From Squalus acanthias (Eukaryota), in the NCBI GenBank assembly GCA_030390025.1, contig CM059443.1, positions 25,296,001-25,360,000 on the forward strand: DNA of 64,000 bases, written 5' to 3'. The stretch's first letter is position 1. Every line of letters begins with the position of its first letter. The notes below the pieces were generated by a model that was not told where the DNA came from, made no database searches, and worked only from the letters and a program-made list of their open reading frames with translations. Made by a program: the position numbers and the translations under genes. This document shows positions 37,301 through 49,300 of this stretch, one piece after another.

Positions 37301-40300
37301 TTTCTCCATTTATTTCAAAGAAAAATAGGGCCTACTATACATGATTGTACATAATGGAAAACAAACCTACCTTATCCCCATTCATGAACCGCTCCTTTTC
37401 CTTTAAATTCACATGGTCAATGGACAAATTTTGTTCTGCTCTGGACTCATAACAAACTGAGCCGTCTGATTTGCGTACAACACGTCCCTTTCTTCCAGTC
37501 ATCTATTAAGATTAATAATTTAAGTACACAAAGCAACTTGTAATACCATGTTACATACACCAACAAGTTTAATTTTTTTTAAACTGAATTTTGCGCTCAT
37601 CAGGATGAGGCCCATCCCATTGCAATCAAAATGTTTTTCCACACTTTGCACCTAGTATTAGCATCAAGCACTCACAGGGCAGATGTAGGGTAAAGTTCCC
37701 TCTGCTCTGCTCCAACAATTTGTGAAGAGCATCCCCTGCTGCACCTATGAGACATTTCAATCATCCACACTGATCATTTTTTTAAGGCTTCTCTGAGTGA
37801 GACTGACAACTTGGTCTGAATTACAGACAGTTTGTGTTTTGGACTCATTCCGCCGAGGAACTAGGCCGAGACGATCAATAACCATTTCAATCGGTATCCT
37901 TACAATCAACAAAAAGAAGGGTCCTTCATCACACCAGCTGAGGATGAATTCAAATCCAAGTCCGAGTAGTAAAAGTACACTGTGTTAATCCCGTACACCA
38001 CAAACCTTTGTGTGATTGGAATCTTTTGTAAATGTTATCCAGAATAACATTCTTCTTAGGCAGTCCCTCGGAACCGAGGATGATTTGCTTCCACATTAAA
38101 AATGAGTTCTCAGGTGACCGATGAGTCCAATGCGGGACCTACAGTCTCTGTCACAGGTGGGGCAGACGGTGGTTGAAGGGGCAGGTGGGTGGGGTGCTTG
38201 GGTTGACGTGCGCTCCTTCCGCTGTTTGCGCTTGGCTTCCGCTTGCTCCCGGCGAAGAGACTCGAGGTATTCGGCGCCTTCCCGGATGCTTCTCCTCCAC
38301 TTTGTACGGTCTTGGGCCAGGGATTCCCAGGTGTCGGTGGGGATGTTGCACTTTTTCAAGGAGGCTTTGAGGGTGTCCTTGAAGCGTTTCCTCTGCCCAC
38401 CTGGGGCTCTCTTGCCGTGTCGGAGCTCCGAGTAGAGCGCTTGTTTTGGGAGTCTCGTATCGGGCATGCAGACGATGTGACCCGTCCATCGGAGCTGATC
38501 GAGCGTGGTCAAAGCTTCGATGTTGGCCTGAGCGAGAACACTGACGTTGGTGCACCTATCCTGCCAATGGATTTGCAGGATCTTGCGGAGGCAGCGTTGG
38601 TGGTACCTCTCCAGTGCTTTGAGGTGCCTGCTGTACATGGTCCATGTCTCTGAGGCATACAGGAGGGCGGGTATTACTACTGCTCGGTAGACCATGAGCT
38701 TGGTGCCGGGTTGGAGGTCCTGGTCTTCAAACACTCTCTTCCTCAGGCGACCGAAGGCTGCACTGGCACACTGAAGGCGGTGTTGGACTTCGTCATCGAC
38801 GTCTGCCCTTGTTGACAGTAGGCTCCCGAGGTATGGAAAGTGGTCCACGTTGTCCAAGGCCTTGTCATGGATTTTGATAATCGGGGGGCAGTACTGTGTG
38901 GCGGGGGCAGGTTGGTAGAGGACCTTTGTCTTACGGATGTTTAGTGTAAGGCCCATGCTCTTGTACGCTTCGGTGAAGGTATTAACGATGGTTTGGAGAA
39001 TAACATAACTCTTTTATTAGAACACACAAATTCACAGCCAAATATTGTAAGATTTACTGATACTTATCCAAAGAAAAGTCTGTGTTGATTGAAATGTTGT
39101 TGCCATTATATGTTTTTGATGTTATACTCATCTACCTCTCTTCCTCCCTCTATATACTATTATATGTATAAACAATGAAAATAACACATTTGCTGTGTTT
39201 TTATGAATGCACAATTATGTAAGTAGTGTCCCAAGTTCCTTTTTGGTTGGTCTGTGCTGACCGTGTGCTATGATCTGTCAAATAACTAGCACGGCCAATC
39301 AGATCCTAGAATTCAACTTGAATTTATGAGAAAACCCAATCAGAGGTGTCAGCTACTGAGCTCTACTTAATTTGATTGGCTCTTTAAATTGTGTTTGCAT
39401 TTGTGAACAACACCAATGAAGATCAGTTAGTAAGTGCAAATTATAATTACATTTTTATCCAATTTCTTTCTTTCAATTCAATTCATTGAGTCATTAGAAG
39501 GTGTATCAGATTACTTCATGGGTTTGACACTTGCAACACAAGATTGTCCCTTGTAAATATGCTTCACTTACATGGATATTAACAATTCAATACAGTACCA
39601 TATTGAATGGATTTCTAAAAAGCCAAGTTGTTCTGGCAGAAAGTCCCCATCTAGGAATCCTCTAGCATGGCCGACTTTAAAAAGGAACCCAGTGTACGAT
39701 AACAAGAAGTTACAACACATTTTATTATTATAATCAGCTGGTAAGTCAGTTTTTATGGGTGCTTACAATGACACAGCATGCCCATTTGTAAAAAACAGAT
39801 GCCATTTATTAACTTTAGTTAAGTTCCCCCAGTGGCTTAGCCAGTTAAGGCATTGGGTAGCTGAGCCACACAGTTGGGGCAGTAGGCCTCAGTGTCCCTG
39901 GGTTAGGAATGGCAAAATCAGCTAGGGTTCCCATGCCCGACTGCTATTCAGTGACCCCTGCTATATGTGTGTCAACGTCAGGTGAGGACAGGATTGTTGG
40001 TCAAATAACCGACTTCTGATCTCACACAGGAGAGAAGAAGAGGAGAAAACTGATGCAAAAAGGAGGAAGAAAAAAAAACTGTGGTTAAATCTGCCTCCAA
40101 TTTTCTTCCTCCTCTCCTGAAAGCATTGATTCGGTGCCACAGGAACCAGAGGCCATTTTTATGTGAGCCTAGAAGGTGAACAATGGCAGGCTATTTTACC
40201 ATGAAGGACATCACAGACAAACCCAATACTGTCCTCATCCGACATCTACATACATGCCCTTTCGAATAGGAGTTACTGGACAGCGATCAGGAGCAGAAAC

Positions 40301-43300
40301 TTGATTTCCCTCTCGCCCAAAGTCAATTGTAGTGTTCTACTGATGAGAGCTAACTCAGACTCCTGGCCTATGTGGTTCGATACCATACTAGGTAGTGTCT
40401 TTATTCATAAAGCCAGCAGGTGAGCTAGTCAAGCAATTTGAGACATGTAAATCCTTAGAAAATTACCTCAGCCACATGCTCAGGACCACCGAACAAGTCG
40501 ATCAGTTCATCCAGTGTATTCAGAGGTAGTTCTTTTCCTAGTATTTCAACCTTTGCCAGCAGATCCCCCTTCATTTTTTCTACAAAATCTAGTGTTGCAG
40601 CAAATGGAAAACAATTCAAGTCAATCAATCAAAATTGTTCAAGGTCGCTAATGCTTTTGTTTATAGATACCAACATGACTCTCAAGTGTTTAAAACTCAT
40701 TTGCATTATTCCTGCTCAAAGGCCAGCATTCAGATAACTGCTTTAAATTTAATAGATAAATGACTGAAAAGTCAAATTATATTTGCCAAAATAACCAGGA
40801 TTCCCTTTTTGGTGAAAATAAATATTATAGGACCACGGTGGGGGGTGGAGAGAAAATAGGCCTCATTGTGCCTGTTTTCCGGGTGAAAACAGGTGGTGGT
40901 GGGGGCAGGGAGGGGGACGGAGGACCAATTTTGCAGGGCTATTTCCCGCATTCCAAGGACACCTGAAAGATCCCGACCTATTGGTTTCCCCGGCGGCCGC
41001 CTAAGATAGGCATTAGCTGCCTTGCATATGTTAACGAGTGGCATAACGCTTATTTTAGGACCCATTCCAGAAATGTGTCTGCCTCGAGGAGAGGAACACT
41101 GGGCCTGCGCCGTTCAGGATTACTCGGTCTACATGCATCTTAACCAGCGGTCCTTAAAGAGACCACGAGAGGACGCCACCTACGTTTACCTTAATGTGGA
41201 GCCAGAAGAGCAGGAGTGCTCCACCTGGCTCCTTAGCACTACTGTAGGTCGTTGCCGGCCCGTGCTCGGCACCCATCTTGTTCTACTCCAACTCCCCCAC
41301 AACTTACCTTAGGGCCGCTGCGAGCAAAGCAGTGGGCCAAAATTGGAGGGCCCCAAAGAGGCAAGCTGCCTCCGGACAAGCAACAGGCTCACCCAAATTA
41401 TTAAGATGTGGCCCGAGGATCAAGAGTCTTGAAGGAAGTGGCGGTAGGGATTGTAGATGCATTGGTAATAATTTTTCAAAACTCCCTGGATTCCGCTAAG
41501 GTCCCGGCAGACTGGAAAACTGCTAATGTAACACCCTTATTTAAAAAGGGCAGTAGACAGAAGGCTGGTAACTATAGACCGGTTAGCCTAACATCTGTGG
41601 TAGGTAAAATTTTGGAGTCCATTATTAAGGAAACAGTAACAGGACATTTGGATAATCATAATTTAATAGGACAAAGTCAGCATGGTTTTACGAAGGGGAA
41701 GTCATGTTTGACAAATTTGCTGGAGTTCTTTGAGGAAGTAACATATAGAGTGGATAAAGGGGAACCAGTGGACGTAGTGTATTTAGACTTCCAAAAGGCA
41801 TTTGACAAGGTGCCACACAAAAGATTATTGCTTAAGGTAAAAAATCACGGGATTGGGGGTAATATTCTGGCATGGATAGAGGATTGGCTATCTAACAGAA
41901 AGCAAAGAGTTGGGATAAATGGTTCATTCTCAGACTGGCAATCAGTAACTAGTGGTGTTCCACAGGGGTCAGTGCTGGGTCCCCAACTCTTTACAATCTA
42001 TATTAACGATTTGGAGGAAGGGACCAAGTGTAACATATCAAAATTTGCAGATGATACAAAGATGGGAGGGAAAGTAGTGAGTGAGGAGGACATAAAAAAC
42101 CTGCAAGGGGACATAGACAGGCTAAGTAAGTGGGCAGAGATTTGGCAGATGGAATACAACACTGGAAAGTGTGAGGTGATGCACTTTGGCAGGAAAAATC
42201 CTAGAGCAATTTATTATCTTAATGGCAAGAAACTGGAGAGTACTGAAGTGCAAAGGGATCTGGGGGTCCTGGTGCACGAAACTCAAAAGGTTAGTATTCA
42301 GGTGCAGCAAGTGATTAAGAAGGCAAATGGAATGTTGGCTTTCATTGCTAGGGGGATAGAATATAAAAATAGGGAGGTATTGCTTCAGTTGTACAAGGTA
42401 TTGGTGAGACCGCACCTGGAATACTGCATACAGTTTTGGTGTCCTTACTTAAGGAAAGACATCCTTGCTCTCGAGGCAGTGCAAAAAAGGTTCACTCGGT
42501 TAATCCCGGGGATGAGGGGGTGGTCATATGAGGAGAGGTTGGGTAGATTGGGACTCTACTCATTGGAGTTCAGAAGAATGAGAGGCGATCTTATTGAAAC
42601 ATATAAGATTGTGAAGGGGTTGGATCGGGTGGATGCGGGGAGGATGTTCCCGATGACGGGTGAGACTAGAACTAGGGGACATAGTCTTAGAATAAGGGGC
42701 TGCTCTTTCAAAACTGAGATGAGGAGGAACTACTTCACTCAGAGGGTGGTAGGTCCATGGAATATGCTGCCACAAAAAGCTGTAGAAGCTACATCATTAA
42801 ATAAATTTAAAACAGAAATAGACAGTTTCCTAGAAGTAAAGGGCATTAAGGGTTACGGGGAGCGGGCAGGAATTTGGACATGAGTCTAGGTTCGGATCGG
42901 TCATGGCCCTGTGGGTAGTGGAGCGGGCCCAGGGACCGTGTAGCCTGATTCTGCTCCTATTTCGTGTGTGCAATTCTGTTAGATGCAGGAGATGGTTCTG
43001 TGATAGATAGTAGATTGGCGGTTAGGATCAGATCAGCCATGATCTTATTGAATGGCGGAGCAGGCTCGAGGGGCCGATTGGCCTACTCCTGCTCCTATTT
43101 CTTATGTTCTTATGTTCTTATGCCTCTTCTGTTGCCTGCAGTGTGAGTGTAACCTGGTTCGTTTCGGAAAATAAATTTATCACTTTGGCATACTACTTCA
43201 AATTGCAATTGGAAAGTAGTTAAATTCCATGACAGTCTTACTACTCAAGTTTCTGTCTGTAGTAATTGTGCACAATACCCTAGTCAATCCAATATTTAAT

Positions 43301-46300
43301 CCTCAAACTGATAAAAATCGCCTCACCTGAGCCAACTGGTATTGTTTGTGATCAGCTCACGCAATGTGATGTTGAAAATAATACTAATATTACAGTAATA
43401 AAGGTATGCATTGTAATATATTATCGGGTACGGTAGCATAGTGGTTATGTTACTGGACTAGTAATCCAGAGGCTGGGACTAATGATCAGGAGACATGAGT
43501 TCAAATCCCACCACGGCAGCTGGGGAATTTAAATTCAGTTAATTAAATAAATCTGGAATAAAAAGCTAGTATCAGTAATGGTGACCATGAAACTACTGGA
43601 TTGTCATAAAAACCCACCTGGGTTCACTAATGCCCTTTATGGAAGGAAATCTGCCGTCCTTACCTGGTCTGGCCTATATGTGACTCCAGACCCACAGCAA
43701 TGTGGTTGACTCTTAACTGCCCTCTGAAGTGGCCTATCAAACTGCTACAAAGAAGTATAACAGCACTGTAGGAGTACCTTCACCACATGGACTGCAGCAG
43801 TTCAAGAAGGTGGCTCACCACCACATTCTGGAGGGCAATTAGAGATGGGCAATAAATGATAGCCATGCCAGCTACACCCACATCCCATGAACGAATAAAA
43901 AAAAATATTAAGACTGAATCTTGAATTTTACTTTTGCCAACTATTTTAGGAGCAATAAAAATCCAGTCTGTACAGCACGCTCCTGTGATAAATCCAGTGG
44001 GAGTCTGGCATAAGGACAGTATCCAGGTCCCTGTCTTCTCTGGCAGTTTTGTCAAGGGCTTGTAAGGATTGGAGCCACTTTCCACCACAAACGGATCCAC
44101 TGCGTGTGTGGGAGTGTGGCTGGTGGCAGGAACTTCCAGGCTAGGAGTTGTTGTGTCACCAGCCTGGTGTAGCATTGATGGCCCAGTATGCCAAGCGAGA
44201 CCCGGCACTGAATGGCAGAAATGGGGCTCACTCTAAGCCTGGTTCATGGATTAGACCCCCAAAGATGGTGAGTAATTTATAAATAAAACCTTTCAGTCCC
44301 CTTACAAAGGGGATTATTTCTAGCAGGGGGTGGAAGTCTTGGCATCAAACTCTGCTACATTTTGTGGCCTCTTGGGGCAGAAAGTGCTCAAGATGGGCTC
44401 CCGTAATATTTAAATTGGGTGATCTCCCCATGACCCTGCAAGCTTTGGTGGGGGGTCAGCGCTGGAAGGTATGGATGGGTGCATCCCAGCACTTACACCA
44501 AAATGCTGGGATTACTGATCTTTGGCGCCAAAATGTTTACTGTCTTCTCCGGGACTCTTTGTTCTCGCCGATCATCCTGGAAGTGGGATCGGTTTTTAGA
44601 AAAAGGTTTATCGTTTTAATGAAAATTCTGTTGATTAACCTGCATGCATAATACATGTGACCAGATCAATCCGCAGTGTTTTTAAGGTTAATACTTCTCT
44701 AAAACCACTGGATTCAGAGTGCTCTAGGAATCATATTTTTAAAAATTATTTTATATTGTTGTCTCTTTAGTTCTGGCCATGCTACACATTTTATCTATTA
44801 TATCTCAGTCGAAGAGGCAGGATGGTGAACTTCCAGTGCTGCTTAACTGTGATAAAATGTTTAGTAGTGGCCTGGCATGACACTTCCTTCCTCCATCTCA
44901 GTGGGGAAGTGCCTTCCCTTTACCTTTTGGCACGACAGAGACTATATGGAAAATCAAGGGCGTAAACCCAAGCTCAACTAATGAGTTCCAACAACTCGTG
45001 CCGTTCAAATCATTATATTAGATGGTACCTTTTGCCGTAGATAGAAAACCATTTATGGGAGGATCCAAAGCAATGACATCAGCCTCTTCAGATATCTCCA
45101 TGGCAGATGCAGGCGATGAGTTCAGATCACTGTCAGTATCAAGGTCAGAATCACAGCTGCTGTCGTCACTGCTTTTGAACAAACATACATATTCTGGAAC
45201 ACTTTTCGAATGTTTCAAGGGCCGACCACGTTGCTTTCCTGTGGGAAAGTATTTAAAGAAGGAAATAGGTTAAAAATAGTAATGGCACACAAATGTTATT
45301 TTAAGCAATATAAAATCAGTACTTAAAAAGAACAGAAAAACATGTAATTTAATGCACTGAAGGTAACCTCTTTTAGAACTCCTTCACTGATCTATTTGCC
45401 TTCACACGTGCATGTAATCCTTTCTACTCTACAAAGAACTTTGAAGCAGGATAAATCTGTAAAATTTCTAGCTGAAGAAATGGTATTTTCACCATTATAG
45501 GTTAAGGTATGAATGTGGGAAAGTCTGTAATGCTGTGCGAAACGAGGGGTGAACAAGGAACAAGATGAAATGTCCTCAGCAGTAAATGGATTCTTATTTC
45601 AAATCCTCCATTTGTAATCATGATCCTTCAGAAATTGTATAGTTCTTGCAGCTACTTCTAATGCAAATAAGCTGCTTATGCTTAGCTTACAGGATTTAAA
45701 AGTGATGCCATGGCTGAGTTACCCATTTCTATTTGGCAAACAGCCGCTCAACTAGCAGCAGGAGTACAAAGGAGCATTAAGCACAGCGAACATGAAAATA
45801 CTTGCTGTAGATTCATTATACAGTACAGACAATACAGTATTCAATTTTCACTAAAAGAAAATAATGGTGTTATCTGTGTACTGTGATCACTGTATTCAGG
45901 CTTCTATCACTTGAACAAATCTTTTTAAGCTGAAAGCTTTGTATTACTTCAGAGAGCTATCTATATGTAGTGAGTGCTGTATTTTACAGTATGACCATTC
46001 TTTGGTATATCATTCTGCAATCATTCCCAAGCAGCTAGGAGCAGAAATTGGTTCGCACTCGAATTCGGAAGCAAACGCAGCAGTGGCAGTGATCACCGTG
46101 CTGAAACGGATGTGCAGGAGGATCATGTGAAATTGGTTCTCTTGCGCGACCGAGGAAGCAATGCGCCTGTCCTGCAGAGAACGAAAATCTACTGGCATAG
46201 ACACTGGCACCAGGCCCACAGTGAGTCTGGGGGGAGGGGGGGGGGGTGGGTTTGGGAACTTAGGAAGGAGAAGGGTGTGAGCAGTGACTGGGAGTTTCAC

Positions 46301-49300
46301 TGTAGAGCCAGGAGCAGCGCACCTGCTCTTCTTGGCTTTGCATTCAGGTAAGCCTTTTTCTGACTTAATCGTTTTGTGGCAGCCTCCATCACTCCCTTTA
46401 AGGGCTGTTTGTCTGGCTGCTTTAGGCCTGAGAAAACTGACCGCAGCACACATGGCGCATGCTGTGCTCAGTTGCGATTGGATACGTGTAAGGGGCCTGA
46501 AACCCGCGGTAGTCCCTGGATTCGCATAGGAAATGGGCCTACGGCTGGTCTCAGGCATGCGCTCTGGATTTGTCCAGGGCGCCCTAACCAATTTAGCATT
46601 CGCCGCTTTCCCTGCGTGGAATGTGGGCGCTAAATTGGGTGCTGAGAGATCCAATTTCTAGACCCTAATGGCAGGCAATAAAATACCCTTCCATTACATG
46701 CAAAAATAACACTTTTGAAGCATTGCTTCGGGTCTGATATATCAAGAGTGGTTAAGCAATCACACCTGCAGAAGTTATCACTTTTATTTCAGAGCAATTT
46801 ACAAAAAGTGATTATACCATTGCTACATACAAATGAAAGGGAACACAGCTCAAGGTATTCAAGAAAAACAATCTGCATTTATGCTATTCAATTTTTATTC
46901 TTCATCATGTGAAGGATCACATTGATGGAAAATGGGAAAGTTCCCTATACATTGCCAGTGTTAATAGTGAATGGTCGCCAGCTAACAGCTTTGTAAATTA
47001 TCCTCACTTCTGTGTTTTCGATCAATTACAAATATTTATGCTCTGAAATTACCTTGAGGGATATTACTGTATGAATGCTGCATCTGAAAATCCTCTCTCC
47101 GCCATATTAGAGGAGTTGTTTGCCTAGTTATTTTAAATGGACTAGTGCCTCAGTTAAATTAGCGAAAAGAAGAATCTTAAGTGAATGCATTAAGTGTTTG
47201 TATGCCAGTATTTCACACGGTAATTTCAGGGCCTTAATCTTTGCTGCAATGTCCATTACTGTTGTGGAAAAAAACTGCCCACTCTTTTCTACTGCTGCAC
47301 AATCAACATATTACCCACCCCCACAGTGAACTCTCACCCATAACCACATCACAATACAGAAACTGTGCATCACAAAGCATGCATCAGTACGCCGCTCAAC
47401 CTTTAAAAGAACTAAAACTAGTAAGATGAGTCACATCATATATACATAATTAGACTCCATGGTTTACAACAAAACAAATTGAGGTGATTTTTTCCCCCCT
47501 GTACTTTAGAGCTAGTGTGCATGCTTACTGTACATTTATGTTTATTAATCTAGTATATCAACGTTAATATGAGATTAGGGCATTTGTGTTCATATTTCCA
47601 AATCTGCTGTCAAGATCAAACAGAATTAATATCCAGTACCTGTGATAATGGTTTATCGGATTGTTAAGCACTGATTTCCCACTTTCTAAATTGACCACTC
47701 AGTTGTGCATTTTGTTAGTGCACCCTCACACATCTAAGCTTCCAGAAAGTTCAGAGAGCAAAGGTGGCCACTCCTGTGAGTGCATTGGGCAAAACTTTTA
47801 GTTCCCATGTCATGCTCTGCCTAAGTGGTAAGAGTAATTTCATCTCCAGATCAGTCAGCCCCTGTTGAAGAGCCTGTCCCAAATCCTGTGGACGGGGTTA
47901 TTTGCATGGCCAGTCTGGGTTGCTGGCGCCTGCAAGGATGCATCAGCAGTGCCTGCCTCAGCTTGATCCTCCCCGTAAGGTAGACTCAACCACAGCCACC
48001 CCTGCCTGAGATCACCCTAGGCTCAACAAGCCAAAGAAGAACATCATCTTTCTGCAGTCTTCAGCCCAATGAGCCATTTTGCCTCTAGACAAGGCGATTG
48101 ATTACCTTATTCTATGGGGCTTCAGAAGACTTTCTGCTGGTGTGAGTTCTGCTGAGGCCTTTCAAGGGAGCAAAGGGCAGACTTTCCTGGGGAAGCATGA
48201 GAATTCCAATGATACAACCCCTTGACACAGGGAATGCGGGCGGAAGAACCAGCCACATTTCCCCCTACTGAAACTTAAAAGGCCAGTACAAATGGGGTGG
48301 AAGCCTGGCATAATTAGGTTCCGCCCCAAATTCGGGACCTCCCTCCCATGGTGGAAATCAGCCTTTCTGCCCTCACCAGCCTCAATAACTTAGGAGCCAA
48401 ACTCTCTGTCCATGTGTTACTGGAAAGTAGGATGTTACTGAATAGATAATGAGCAAGAACCATAGAAATGTCACAAAATTGCTTGATCTGTACTTTTACT
48501 TATTAAAAAGTTATTATCTGTAATGTCATCTTACGTTTCCTTTTTGTTCCCGTTTCTTTTTCTTTCTTTCTCTTTGTTGACGGAAAGTGCTTCTGAATTA
48601 GTGACTTAAAGACACCTCTGTAAGTAAAATGCAAAATTTAATCCAGCTACTCAGATTTTTAAACGTTTAAAGTATTGTATTCCTTTTTCAAATTAATTTA
48701 TAAAATGTCGTTGTTATTACAAAAAGCATATTATTTACAAAATACAGAAAATAAGGTCATGGTGAAAAGTGCAAACTATCACATAAAATAAAATGTAAAA
48801 GTTCCCTCTCTGATATATAATCTGCCAATAGGAGGCATGCTAACGGCACCAGTTTTCCTTCACCTGAGCTGTGTAACAGAATCCATCTAGCCGCCCAACT
48901 CTAAACGCTGAAACTCACTCCTGAGATGATTTGAGTACTGATCATCAAACCTGCAACCTCCTATTGCATTGGCAGATATTTGGCAACCGTGCCACTGGGT
49001 CGGTTCAAGAACTCAATTTCTGGCCTACTATTCTTTCAATGTAAAGCAACTTTTATGTTGCAGTGATACTTATCTTGAGGCATGCGCTTTGACTCTTGGG
49101 GATGATTGCAGCAGATAAATTATACTGGCTATGCGCACACATGCTTCAGCTTCCTCTCAGACTTAAGCATCACCTCATATGTGCATGCTCAGACACATGT
49201 ACTTACTATACAATACGCTGTCTGCACATAAGCCGTGAGGATTTGAATGTCAGAGGAAGCTGAAGTGTCAGTGTGTGCTTAAGTATAACTTGGAACACAC

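Noticed and set aside
41408-42883. 491-aa reverse transcriptase as a domesticated gene or retron-like system
   Set aside because: It is a 5'-truncated CR1 with a typical tail and no ATG start; an ordinary young LINE.
43426-43515. tRNA gene
   Set aside because: The A and B boxes belong to a SINE head, and no cloverleaf is evident.
45018-45050. FLSTAKG resembling the SBNO1 FVSTAKG segment
   Set aside because: It is a non-homologous position in a low-complexity linker and most likely coincidence.
46010-46654. 214-aa minus-strand ORF and similar GC-rich ORFs at 6192-7206, 43780-44208 and 31313-31903
   Set aside because: They have no recognisable domains and mostly coincide with GC-rich non-autonomous elements or SINE sequence.
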